DNA of 64,000 nt from an uncultured Chloroflexia bacterium (GCA_963700285.1 CAVOXA010000014.1:512001-576000), one strand, 5' to 3'; numbered from the stretch's first letter, positions 19,335-29,079 are shown. Numbers and translations: made by a program. Notes: generated from the letters alone by a model not told the origin.

Positions 19335-22300
19335 CTAGAGATGCTTCCGGCTTTGTGCCTTGAGGAGCCTTGAGGCTACCATGCCACACACGGCTGCATG
19401 AATGGCCTCCTGGTCGGCCCGTGTCAGCCCCAGCGCATGAGCGACAATCTCATCCAGGGCATGCCTTTCTGGATCATCCAAGCCGAGTAGGCCAGCTTCC
19501 CGGCCTATCCCCGTGATTTCAGCGCCCAGAAGGCGTGGATCTGGGATCAGCAGGTCCCCTACCTCGTAAGTCTGGATCTTGAGCAACCCACCACCGAAAT
19601 TGGAGCGACCGAGTACGTTGACCGAAAGCTGGCCCAGCGTGCTGTTGCAGGCTGCAATCAACGCTTCCGGTGCACACTCGCTGTGGATCGCCTGAAAACT
19701 GTCGCTGGCCAGAAGCGGCCTTTCGCTGGCATAAAACCTCATGACCCTGTCGACCAGGTAGTTGCAGTGGACACGAGCGCCCGCACGGGCTCCAAGGTCC
19801 CACCAACGAGGCCTGCGCTGGCACGTGGGGCGCTGATGCAGGCCCTGCGCCTCGCCATACTCGATGTAGGCCAAGGCCCTTGTATTCTGCAGCTCGCATC
19901 GCTCCGCATGGCACATGAAAAGGTAATAAAGTACGTCGCGGCCGGGTTCAAACCAGATGCTATGGCAACCGTGCGGGCCCTTTATGACCGGTTCAAGGTA
20001 CTGACTTTCAATCTCCCAGCGAGCGAGATCCTCATCGTCGAGGAAGAAGAAGGCGTTGGCGCCGGTGGTGATGCCCCTCCGCACCTCGGCGACATCCTTC
20101 AGGCGCACAATTCCATGGGGATATCCTTCTTGAATCCGCCAATAGATGTCTGGCGCACGGAGGTACTTGCTGCCCCACTTGTCTCCCAGATATCGATCCT
20201 GCGTCGGGCCCATGCCGGCGCTCAACAATTGAGCTTGTGTGCGGGGCAGAACGCGGACATCTGGCGTCATTCGCCGGCCAGCGGCTCCCACCACCTCCTC
20301 CCAGACGGCCGGGCAGAAAGCCTGGGCGAAGGGGATGTGGAACACGACAAAACGCACGGTATTTTGCAGGCTCTGCGGCCGACAGGTACCTGTATCGTAG
20401 GCCGCACCCAGCAGGACAATGGCTGTATTAACATCTGCGCTATCAAAAGACCGGGTTGCCTGGTTGTCAATCAACAGCTTAACCTGGCCCCGGGTCAGCA
20501 GAAAGTTCTGCAGATCCCGGCCGTAGCGCGCATCGAGCCACGAGTTCGAGGTGACAAAACAAAGGGTACCCTTGTCGTGCAACACAGACAAACCCTGAAA
20601 GTAGAAGTAGATGTAGAGATCGCTCCTGGCATCCAGCGTCCGTAGGGCTCTATCCTGCACCGCATCGTAGGCAAAAGTATGCGGCCAGGTAGCATAGACT
20701 GCCCGGGCCAGCTTGGCTTTGTACCGCGCCCTATCCCTCAGCCCAGCCCTGTCAGGTTCTCGGTTGGGATCATCGATCAGTTCCTGGCGCACGTAGGGAG
20801 GGTTTCCCACTACAAGATCAAATCCGCACCGCTCACCAGAAAAGACCTCACCAAAGACCTCCTGCCAAGGACTATCATTCTTCCCTTTGGGGCGAAGCAG
20901 GCTCTCCCCACAGAAGACCCTCGATGTAAGACCGGGTAGTCTGAGATCCAAAGTCGACCTCGCAGGATCGACCGTCGCACTGCCCAAGACCTGCAGCCAA
21001 AGGCGCGACCTGGCGATTTCTACGGCCCAGCTCTTGATATCAATCCCATACAGGCTGGTGACAACGATACGTCTTTTTCGTTCCGCAGCAGTCTCTCTGA
21101 CACCTGTCTGGCAATTGGCCCGGGCCAGCAGGCCATCGAGCACCTGGCACATGGCAATCAGAAACGAACCTGAACCACAGGCGGGATCGACGACTGTCAC
21201 AGAGTCCAGCAAGGTCCTGATGCGAGGCCAGAGGCCACGGCGGGCCAGCGCAGCATCTGCCTCCTGTTCAGCATGCGGGCCTGGGGCGAATAGGGCCTGG
21301 TAGAGCAAGGACTGCTTTTCGCGCCCAAGATGACTGGCCAGCCAGTCGCCAAGGGCCAGGCGGCACATTAGCTCAGCTTCAGTCGGAGCCGTATAGTAAA
21401 TGCCTGATTCGCTCCGCTGGGCAGTCTCCTCCGAGGCATGCAAAAGCCCCTCGTATACTCGGCCAAGCATGGCTGGCCCGACGGCAAGCTGTTGATCCAG
21501 CGCTGTGTCTTCACGCACGGTCAGCGCATGGCTCTCCAGGCATTCGAGAATACGCTCAAAACTGGCATCGGTCACAGTCAGTCCATGGGCTGGATCCTGG
21601 CCCTGGCGGCGCTCGCCGCACTCAAAGAGCCCGCCCTCAAGGCAGGGGAGGCTTGCCAGCAGATTGCGAATCGGGGCGGGCACGCTGTTCCCCGGCGCCG
21701 CACCGGTCTGGGTGGTATGGGAGAGAACCTCAAAAAGGGCGTGCTCCAGCCAATCCCGGACAAAGGTATCCCTGCTACAGCCGGATCGAAGATAGGATTG
21801 CCACAAGTTGGATAGGAACCGAGGATCATGTCCCAGCCAACCGGTACGCTGGACCAAGCACACAAGTAGGAGCCGGACAATGAGCTTGAGCGCATACGCA
21901 CGGGGCCAGCGATCACCAGATGTCTGCCCGCGGAGGTCTGCCCGGAGATCGAAAAAGATGCGCTCGCAGCCCTTGTAGAACCGATCGGCAACCACTCCTG
22001 GATCAAAAGCACGGTCGTGGCGGTGTTGAATGGCCAGAGGTGACATGGAGCGGTGACCAGAAGCCACCGCGGATAGATCGATGAGAGCCAGGCACCGGGC
22101 AGCCGTCTCCCATGGTTCATCGGGGCCAAGCGCCACTCGACGGTGGATTTGGCGCTTAACAACCTGCTCTGCATTGGGGACATTCACAAAGTGCCAGTGT
22201 CGCTCGTCCCGATCGCTGAAGACAAAGAGTGCGTGGGGATGCTCATTCAGCAGACCTCTGATGATCCCGCGCTCCACTGAGAGGGAGGAGGGGCCGAACA

Positions 22301-22598
22301 AGCCATCCTGCGAGGGGCTGAGCCGGGCATGGATTATGTCAAAATAACCAGCGGGAGACGTAGCTCGAGCAAAGACCGTGGGGCTGCCAACCAGGGTGCA
22401 TGGGGCGCAGTCAGGAACCAGGCGACGGGACAGGATCTCGTGAGCATGATCGTAGCCAAGCTCCGTGCACAGCAAGTGCTGGACGGCAGGGAGGCCCTCC
22501 GTCGGGATCTGTCCAAGCAATTCACAGATTCGTCGTTCTCTGTTCCCTTGCGTGGGATCCTCCCCATGGCCCATTGTCATCGGAGCGTGTCCAAGCAC
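19335..22598 (-). CDS. Eco57I/type IIG-like N6-adenine DNA methyltransferase (start uncertain)
   Basis: GIYYT, motif I VDPACGSGSF, motif IV VGNPPY, SDLYIYF, SNSWL; C-terminal target-recognition region. Confidence 0.88.
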   Translation of the reverse strand: MLGHAPMTMGHGEDPTQGNRERRICELLGQIPTEGLPAVQHLLCTELGYDHAHEILSRRLVPDCAPCTLVGSPTVFARATSPAGYFDIIHARLSPSQDGLFGPSSLSVERGIIRGLLNEHPHALFVFSDRDERHWHFVNVPNAEQVVKRQIHRRVALGPDEPWETAARCLALIDLSAVASGHRSMSPLAIQHRHDRAFDPGVVADRFYKGCERIFFDLRADLRGQTSGDRWPRAYALKLIVRLLLVCLVQRTGWLGHDPRFLSNLWQSYLRSGCSRDTFVRDWLEHALFEVLSHTTQTGAAPGNSVPAPIRNLLASLPCLEGGLFECGERRQGQDPAHGLTVTDASFERILECLESHALTVREDTALDQQLAVGPAMLGRVYEGLLHASEETAQRSESGIYYTAPTEAELMCRLALGDWLASHLGREKQSLLYQALFAPGPHAEQEADAALARRGLWPRIRTLLDSVTVVDPACGSGSFLIAMCQVLDGLLARANCQTGVRETAAERKRRIVVTSLYGIDIKSWAVEIARSRLWLQVLGSATVDPARSTLDLRLPGLTSRVFCGESLLRPKGKNDSPWQEVFGEVFSGERCGFDLVVGNPPYVRQELIDDPNREPDRAGLRDRARYKAKLARAVYATWPHTFAYDAVQDRALRTLDARSDLYIYFYFQGLSVLHDKGTLCFVTSNSWLDARYGRDLQNFLLTRGQVKLLIDNQATRSFDSADVNTAIVLLGAAYDTGTCRPQSLQNTVRFVVFHIPFAQAFCPAVWEEVVGAAGRRMTPDVRVLPRTQAQLLSAGMGPTQDRYLGDKWGSKYLRAPDIYWRIQEGYPHGIVRLKDVAEVRRGITTGANAFFFLDDEDLARWEIESQYLEPVIKGPHGCHSIWFEPGRDVLYYLFMCHAERCELQNTRALAYIEYGEAQGLHQRPTCQRRPRWWDLGARAGARVHCNYLVDRVMRFYASERPLLASDSFQAIHSECAPEALIAACNSTLGQLSVNVLGRSNFGGGLLKIQTYEVGDLLIPDPRLLGAEITGIGREAGLLGLDDPERHALDEIVAHALGLTRADQEAIHAAVCGMVASRLLKAQSRKHL

Positions 22599-22646
22599 TA
22601 CTGCCAGGGTAATACGCTACCCTGGATCCTGTCGAGTGGTGCCAAG

Positions 22647-23720
22647 TCAGAGCAGCGAATCGTCACCCAGCAGCAGAGGCATTTGTCCTACCGGCGGACA
22701 CAGTTGGCGCGCGGTCACCCCAAGAAGCCTAATCGGCCGGTTCCGCCGCCACTCCCTCTGGAAGAGAGCGATCGCTGCCTGGTAAATCAGTTGTTCATCA
22801 TCCGTCGGGACGGCCAGACGCGTCTGCCGGCTGAGCGTGGTGAAATCAGCATACCGCACCTTGATGGCAACAGTCCCTGCAGCCAGGTCATGCCGCCTCA
22901 GCCGGCGGCTGACACCCTGGCTCAATCGCTTCATCTCCTGCTCCAGGAGATCCACGTCAGACAGATCGCGCGCAAAGGTCCTCTCCTGGCCTACGGACTT
23001 GAGATCACGCTCAGTCACTACGGAGCGGTCATCGACACCCTGTGCATGCCGGGCCATCGCCGCCCCATGCCGCCCGAAGCGCGATCGCAGTTCCCGCTCG
23101 GGCACCTGCGCTAGCTCGCCCACGGTGGTGATCCCCATGCTGGCCAGCTTCTGGGCTGTAACCGGGCCAACTCCCCACAGCGCTCGAACAGGCAATGGGC
23201 TCAAGAACGCAGCTTCCTCTCCTGGCCAGACCACCGTGAGCCCACCCGGCTTGTCCCGGTCTGATGCCACCTTGGCCACCAGCTTGTTCGTCGCCAGACC
23301 CAAGGATGCTGATAGGCCAACCTGGTCTTTCACCCTGTCAAGGAGCTGTCTCGCGACCTCAATAGCCTCCACCCAGGCTACGACCTGGTCACTCAAGTCA
23401 AGAAATGCCTCGTCAACACTCAGTTGCTCAACCACCGACACCGTTTGACGCAGGATCGCCATCACCTGGCGAGAGTACTCCCGGTAGAGATCGTGCCGGG
23501 GTGGGACCACTATCGCATCAGGGCAAAGCGCCAGTGCCCGAGACATGGGCATGGCCGAATGCGCGCCAAAGGCCCTGGCCGGATAGGATGCGGACACCAC
23601 GACACCGCGCTGATGCGACCGGCCGCCAACAAGCACAGGCTTGCCGGCCAGGCGGGGATCCTTCAGCACCTCAACAGCGCAAAAGAAGGCGTCGAGATCG
23701 AGATGAGCAATGACCCTCAA
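22647..23720 (-). CDS. dinB: DNA polymerase IV (Y family)
   Basis: HLDLDAFF, SYPARAFG, SVDEAFLD, KVASDRDKPGG, WGVG. Confidence 0.95.
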   Translation of the reverse strand: MRVIAHLDLDAFFCAVEVLKDPRLAGKPVLVGGRSHQRGVVVSASYPARAFGAHSAMPMSRALALCPDAIVVPPRHDLYREYSRQVMAILRQTVSVVEQLSVDEAFLDLSDQVVAWVEAIEVARQLLDRVKDQVGLSASLGLATNKLVAKVASDRDKPGGLTVVWPGEEAAFLSPLPVRALWGVGPVTAQKLASMGITTVGELAQVPERELRSRFGRHGAAMARHAQGVDDRSVVTERDLKSVGQERTFARDLSDVDLLEQEMKRLSQGVSRRLRRHDLAAGTVAIKVRYADFTTLSRQTRLAVPTDDEQLIYQAAIALFQREWRRNRPIRLLGVTARQLCPPVGQMPLLLGDDSLL

Positions 23721-23745
23721 CGTCTGCGCCTCCTCAGCCCCCTGC

Positions 23746-24288
23746 TCACCCAAGAGCGGCAAAACGCTCGATCTGCTCAATCTGCACCGGCGTGGGGCGA
23801 ATGAAGGGGCGTACGATCCGGATACGCGCCCAGGATTGCTCTGGCGTCAGGCCCGTACTGATAAAATAAGCGGCAGCCATCGTTGCCGCTCGCCCGATTC
23901 CCGAACCGCAATGGACATAGACCCCACCACCCTCTGCGACTGCGCCAGCGATGAACTGAGCACCGGTACTTAGATCCTCCAGTGTTGGGGCATGGTCATC
24001 GATAGTAGGCAGATACAGGTACTGTGGGGGTGCGATGCCCGCACCGGCATCATCAAACTCGATGCGCAAGTTGACCACAGATGTAATCCCCCGCGACGCC
24101 ATTCGAGGCCACCCACGGTGCCGATACTGCCCACCCACGTGCAGATTGGGTGTGATCTGGCTCACGGGGCGCAAAGGGGCGCCAGTGATAATCCGAACGA
24201 TGTGATCAGCAGCCCACAGCGTCGTTACTCTGAGCCCCTGTTGTGTAAGCCGGTTCCATAGTATAGTCGGTCCGCGCAATGGTCTCAT
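23746..24288 (-). CDS. Dual-specificity/protein tyrosine phosphatase family protein
   Basis: CX5R loop VHCGSGIGRA; RPFIRP. Confidence 0.9.
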   Translation of the reverse strand: MRPLRGPTILWNRLTQQGLRVTTLWAADHIVRIITGAPLRPVSQITPNLHVGGQYRHRGWPRMASRGITSVVNLRIEFDDAGAGIAPPQYLYLPTIDDHAPTLEDLSTGAQFIAGAVAEGGGVYVHCGSGIGRAATMAAAYFISTGLTPEQSWARIRIVRPFIRPTPVQIEQIERFAALG

Positions 24289-24413
24289 CAACCTTCCCTG
24301 TTCGCTCGTCTTGTCAGATTGCCGATTATACCATCACTTGGCAGAAAAAGCCAGGCACTGACACGCCGGCTTTGGCCGTTGGCCGCTGGCCCACCTCACG
24401 CCCGCGCCACTTT

Positions 24414-24451
24414 GTAACCCATTATTAACTTCATCGTTACCTCTTGTTAAC
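24414..24451 (+). promoter_or_regulatory. Four (G/T)T(A/T)AC boxes at 11-bp spacing; probable OmpR/PhoB-type operator
   Basis: GTAAC 24414, TTAAC 24425, GTTAC 24436, TTAAC 24447. Confidence 0.6.
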
Positions 24452-24486
24452 ACAAATAGTGTATCCTGTGGACGTTCTCATGTACC

Positions 24487-24572
24487 GTGTTCCTCAGGCG
24501 CTTTAGGTAAGGATCATGGCAGTATTTGCGCGCTGCCGCAATGATCCTCTACTGCATGTGCTTAGAGGACAC
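24487..24572 (+). other. Long nested stem-loop in the 5' leader
   Basis: GTGTTCCTC/GAGGACAC, AGGCGC/GTGCTT, AGGATCAT/ATGATCCT and GGCAG/CTGCC arms. Confidence 0.5.
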
Positions 24573-24640
24573 ACTTCACATCAAATCAATTTGGAGGATC
24601 ACGCCTGGATCCTTCAACTGGCACGAAACCAGGGGGGGCT

Positions 24641-25051
24641 GTGGTAGGCAAAGTCCTCATTACCGGCCGCGACGTGAACATCCGTACAATCCTTGAATAT
24701 CGCCTGGCACAGGAAGGCCATAGGGTCTTGGTCTCCGAGAACAGCCCCCACGCTCTGGAGCAAGCCAGGGTAGAGCAGCCCGATCTGATCATCTTGGACC
24801 TGGTGGAGCCGCACGAAGATGGTCTTGGGTTCCTGAAACAGGTAAGGAGCCAGCCCGAGTCCTCGGCCATTCCCATCTTTGTCCTCAGTACCTACCGGCA
24901 AGAGGAGCTTGATGGGGAGGGAACCGGATTGCAGGGAGCGGAGTTCCTGCTCAAGCCCTTCAGCCCTCGAGAGTTGGTTGCCAGCGTGAATCGGATCGTG
25001 AACAGTAAAAGGGTTAGTTCTGGCCAGCCCAGGTTCCCAGGCCCAACTTAG
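24641..25051 (+). CDS. Single-domain response regulator (atypical acidic pocket)
   Basis: PDLIILD, VLST, KPFSPREL; first acidic site reads TGRD. Confidence 0.8.
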   Translation: MVGKVLITGRDVNIRTILEYRLAQEGHRVLVSENSPHALEQARVEQPDLIILDLVEPHEDGLGFLKQVRSQPESSAIPIFVLSTYRQEELDGEGTGLQGAEFLLKPFSPRELVASVNRIVNSKRVSSGQPRFPGPT

Positions 25052-25063
25052 GGAGGCAGCCCA

Positions 25064-25378
25064 GTGACGATCGATGAGAGCTTGCACACCACCTTGTACC
25101 GGCCGGAAGATAGTGCTCCCCGGGCAGCCAAGGACGTGGGCCGGAACCAGGCAGCGATGTCAGGTTCAGACATGGCACATATACCAGCCCAGCCGGGCCG
25201 GGATATCTCGCATGCCCTACGCACACAGCTGGCCATCATCACACTCCTCAGCGGGAATCTGGACCTGCTTTACGAACGCCTGGACGACGAAAAGCGCCGT
25301 TCGATGATCAAGGACCTTCGCAAACACACGCACGAGTTGAACGACTTGGCTAGAGATCTCCTTCTGCAGTTGTCTTGA
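25064..25378 (+). CDS. Stand-alone HisKA/DHp-like protein
   Basis: SHALRTQL...; paralogous to the DHp of the kinase at 26148-28304; SD GGGAGG. Confidence 0.7.
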   Translation: MTIDESLHTTLYRPEDSAPRAAKDVGRNQAAMSGSDMAHIPAQPGRDISHALRTQLAIITLLSGNLDLLYERLDDEKRRSMIKDLRKHTHELNDLARDLLLQLS

Positions 25379-25459
25379 CGACTAGCTGCGTTGGGGACTC
25401 TCCCGCACCCGAAGCATCCCCCCAAACCTACAGTTATGCCGGGTCCGTACCCAAAGGAC

Positions 25460-25488
25460 TTGAAGTTTCCGCGCGTTGGTGATATACT
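25460..25488 (+). promoter_or_regulatory. Sigma70-type promoter
   Basis: TTGAAG-17-TATACT with extended -10 TG. Confidence 0.55.
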
Positions 25489-25732
25489 TGCACCTGAGTG
25501 AGGACTGTGTACGAGCAGGCTTGTACACTTGGTCGCAAGCTTTGGACACTCGGGTGACCACGACCCGTGGTGGGAGCTGGTATCCCGCTGAAGTACGCCC
25601 GCCAAGTCCTGAACTCCCCGGTCGTTGGAAACCGGGTGCGTGTCACATACCAAGCATCCATGAACCCCAACAGGCTCACCGACAAAGCCAGGCATACCTG
25701 AGGCTGTCTTGGATTGGAATGACTGAGGTGCA

Positions 25733-26052
25733 TTGCTAGGCAAGAGCAAAGTGCCCGTGCCCGTCCGCACGTTGATCCTCGGTGATGATCCAGATCAGAC
25801 CGCCATAGTGGGCGAGCTGCGCGTGGCGGGGTTTGAACCCAACTGGTTATGCGTGGCCTTGGCCAAGCGTTTGATGCATGTTCCAGCACGGCGATCCGTA
25901 TCATCGTCACAACAACACTGGGTCTGCCAGGTGACCGGGAAAGGTATCTGGCAGCTGGGGCAGCAGAGTACCTGCACAAGCCCATTGGTTCCAGGATGCT
26001 TCTCGAGATACTGGAACACCATGTCTCCGGGAACCAGAGCACCCGCGACTGA
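25733..26052 (+). pseudogene. Degenerate receiver-domain remnants in two frames
   Basis: RTLILGDDPDQ...ELRVAGFEPNW in one frame; LPGDRERYLAAGAAEYLHKPI in another. Confidence 0.55.
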
Positions 26053-26147
26053 CATGTGTTGATCCACCGCTTCTCATCCTGGCAGACTCCAACCGAATAC
26101 GACACTTGGACTTGTCCAAAAATCAAAATTCCATGATAATGTCTACC

Positions 26148-28304
26148 ATGGACAGACCGCGTATCCTCATCGTGGATGACGAACCCGACGCCCGCGACAT
26201 GCTGGCAGCGATGCTATTCCACGAAGGCTATGAAGTGACCTTTGCGGCCAATGGGCCCGAGGCGCTGGCTGCCATCAAGAAGACCGCGCCAGATGCCATT
26301 CTGCTGGATGTAATGATGCCAGGGATGGATGGCTTTGAGGTCTGCCGGCGCCTGCGCGATGATCCGCACCGATCAGAGGTACCCATCATTCTGGTGACAG
26401 CACTCGGGGACCGTGATTCCCGTCTACGCGGCATCAAAGCTGGCGCCGATGATCTTGTAACCAAACCCGTCGATCACGTTGAGCTACGAGCCCGGGTCCG
26501 AACCATTACCCGGCTCAAGCGATACCAGCGCTTGCTATGGGAGAGAACCCGGCGTCTCGAGGCCGAGGAAGAGATCCTCAAGCGAGATCGGGAGCTTGCC
26601 TTGCTCAACCAGGTCATTGTGGCCACGGGATCTACATTCGATGCGGGCAAAATACTCGACACAGCCTGCGAGGCACTGGCAGATGCCCTTGAAGTCCCTC
26701 ACGCTGCCGCCTCACTAGCCGCGTGGGAAGAGGAACAGACTTGGGCCAGGAAGCGTGACAGAAACCGGTGGGCACACCCTGCCTCAGCAACGGGTCTGAA
26801 CACCCTTGTATCCTTGATTGTGGCCAGGCTTGGCCCCCTGGCCCAGGCGCCTGTGGCGGTGATGGATGTTGGGCTGGATTCCAGGCTGGCGCCTCTGCGC
26901 AACAAGATCCACGATCACGGGATTGTCTCGCTCCTGATGGTACCCATCACGGTACGCGACAAGTTGGCTGGCCACATCGTTTTGGGTACCGCGGAACGAC
27001 GCGACTTTGACGAGCACGACTGCACGCTGGCACAGAGCGTTGCTAGCGCAGTTGGGCAGGCGCTGGACACCAGCCGGCTGTACTACGAGCTACAACGTCG
27101 GGCAGAGGATCTGGAGGGAACCGTAGCCGAGCGCGCCATCGAACTCGAGGTAGAGCGCGACCGCACGCAGGCAATCCTGGAGGCTGTCGGAGAAGCCGTT
27201 GTCGTCACCGATGTGGATGGGTTAATCCAATACATGAACCCAGCGGCAGTTGCACTGACGGGATTCAGCAGCGATGAGGCGAAGGGACAACCGTGGAGCA
27301 TCTGGAAGGGCCAGACCCTGCTCGAGGGGTATCAGGCGCTGATGGAGGAAGTCCGGTGCTCGGATCAGAACTGTCGTGGAGAGGCTGTCCATAGGCGCAG
27401 AGATGGGACGCTACGCGACGTTGCCGTGACGGTGGCTCCCTTGCACGAGCCTGACAGTGGGGATCTAGCCGGCTATGTGAGTATAGAGCGGGACATCACG
27501 CCGATCAAGGCGGCCGAGCGTACGAAGGACGAGTTCGTATCGAATGTTTCCCATGAGCTGCGTACCCCACTTTCGGTCATCACGCTGATTGGCGGAAATC
27601 TGGATAGACTCTACCATCGTCTGGAGGACGACCAGCGCCGACAGATGATCCGTGATATTCGCGAGCACACGAGCGTACTGAACGACCTGATTCAGGACAT
27701 TCTGGAAACCTCGCGCATCGATAGCCAGCGCATCTCCCTGGAGCGTCAGGTCCTTAACCTGGCGGACCTAGCAGCATCAGAGACGAAAAAGCAACTGCCA
27801 CTGGCGCGACAAAAGGGGCAATCCCTACGTCTAGTCGGTGCTCGAGTACTCTCGGTCTGGGGCAACGAGGGCCAATTGAGGCAGGCTATCCGCAACGTGC
27901 TGAACAATGCTATCAAGTATACGCCTCCGGGTGGGAAGATTGTGTGCGAAGGCTTGATGATAGAAGAAAACACGAGCTCATCTTCAGGTGAATGGGAAGA
28001 AATCCGGGCAAGCCGGAACTGCAGCACCCATGCCCCCTCCCAGGATCAGTGGATAGCTCTCCGAGTGATCGATACCGGCACTGGCATCAGTGAGGAAGAT
28101 ATGCCCTATGTGTTCAACCGCTTCTATCGAGCTGATTCCCAGAAGGAGATCCCAGGAACAGGATTGGGATTGTCAATCGCCAGGGAACTCGTCGAGTTGC
28201 ACGGGGGATTCCTGACAGCCACCTCAACTCCTGGCGAAGGCAGCACATTCTCCATTATTCTGCCTGTACAGAAAGAGAAGGATCGTGAGCATGAAGGCAA
28301 CTGA
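26148..28304 (+). CDS. Hybrid histidine kinase (REC-GAF-PAS-HisKA-HATPase)
   Basis: ILIVDDE/LLDVMMP, GAF, PAS (MNPAA...RRRDG), SHELRTPL, NAIKY, GTGLGL; start could be 26133, 26139 or 26148. Confidence 0.93.
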   Translation: MDRPRILIVDDEPDARDMLAAMLFHEGYEVTFAANGPEALAAIKKTAPDAILLDVMMPGMDGFEVCRRLRDDPHRSEVPIILVTALGDRDSRLRGIKAGADDLVTKPVDHVELRARVRTITRLKRYQRLLWERTRRLEAEEEILKRDRELALLNQVIVATGSTFDAGKILDTACEALADALEVPHAAASLAAWEEEQTWARKRDRNRWAHPASATGLNTLVSLIVARLGPLAQAPVAVMDVGLDSRLAPLRNKIHDHGIVSLLMVPITVRDKLAGHIVLGTAERRDFDEHDCTLAQSVASAVGQALDTSRLYYELQRRAEDLEGTVAERAIELEVERDRTQAILEAVGEAVVVTDVDGLIQYMNPAAVALTGFSSDEAKGQPWSIWKGQTLLEGYQALMEEVRCSDQNCRGEAVHRRRDGTLRDVAVTVAPLHEPDSGDLAGYVSIERDITPIKAAERTKDEFVSNVSHELRTPLSVITLIGGNLDRLYHRLEDDQRRQMIRDIREHTSVLNDLIQDILETSRIDSQRISLERQVLNLADLAASETKKQLPLARQKGQSLRLVGARVLSVWGNEGQLRQAIRNVLNNAIKYTPPGGKIVCEGLMIEENTSSSSGEWEEIRASRNCSTHAPSQDQWIALRVIDTGTGISEEDMPYVFNRFYRADSQKEIPGTGLGLSIARELVELHGGFLTATSTPGEGSTFSIILPVQKEKDREHEGN

Positions 28305-29079
28305 GGATCTGGGCGGGAACACAGCTTCGGGGCAGGGCGAGGCGCCATCGATCCTTGTAGTCGAGGATGAAGCCGCGATCCTAGAGAATGTTGCGCTCAT
28401 GCTGGAAGCGGAAGGCTACCAAGTACTGACCGCCTGCAATGGATTCGAGGCTCTCAGCGCCCTGGAATCACGGCCTGTAGAGTTGATCCTTGCCGACATT
28501 GCCATGCCGCGCATGAACGGCTACCAGCTCTACGACCGCGTGCGGCAAAACCCCCACTGGCTGACCATCCCATTCATGTTCCTCACTGCCCGTACGTTGG
28601 ATAGCGACATCCGCTACGGCAAGGAGCTGGGTGTCGACGACTACCTGACCAAACCCATCCAACCGGAAGACCTACTGGCCACCGTTCAGGGCAAGCTTCG
28701 ACGCGGCCGACAACTCCGCCAGCTTGTGTCCCGGCCTGTGGCCCCTGACAGCTCGACGGAGCAGCCCCTGATCGTGGGCCAGTTGCGCATTGACCCCGGC
28801 CAACACCTAGTCTGGTTCGGAGAGGAACAGATTCGCCTGTCCGCCCGCGAGTTCACGCTGTTGGAACACCTTGCCCGACGCGCTGATCAGGTGGTTGGGC
28901 CAAAGGAACTGATTCAGATCACCCATGGCCTTGAGATCGACCACGAGGAGGCCGGCTCATTGCTGCGCCCACTCGTTCGTTCCCTGCGCCGCAAGCTGGG
29001 CTACCCAGCTGGCGAGACAGGCTGTATCATCAATGTCCGGAGCGTCGGCTATCGCCTGGCGCCACCCGGCGGACCGTAG
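28291..29079 (+). CDS. OmpR-family response regulator
   Basis: VVEDE, ADIAMP, LTA, KP; winged helix LRRKLG...VRSVGY. Confidence 0.92.
   Translation: MKATEDLGGNTASGQGEAPSILVVEDEAAILENVALMLEAEGYQVLTACNGFEALSALESRPVELILADIAMPRMNGYQLYDRVRQNPHWLTIPFMFLTARTLDSDIRYGKELGVDDYLTKPIQPEDLLATVQGKLRRGRQLRQLVSRPVAPDSSTEQPLIVGQLRIDPGQHLVWFGEEQIRLSAREFTLLEHLARRADQVVGPKELIQITHGLEIDHEEAGSLLRPLVRSLRRKLGYPAGETGCIINVRSVGYRLAPPGGP

Noticed and set aside
24290-24400. SOS box upstream of the dinB unit
   Set aside because: No GAAC-N4-GTTC match found by eye.
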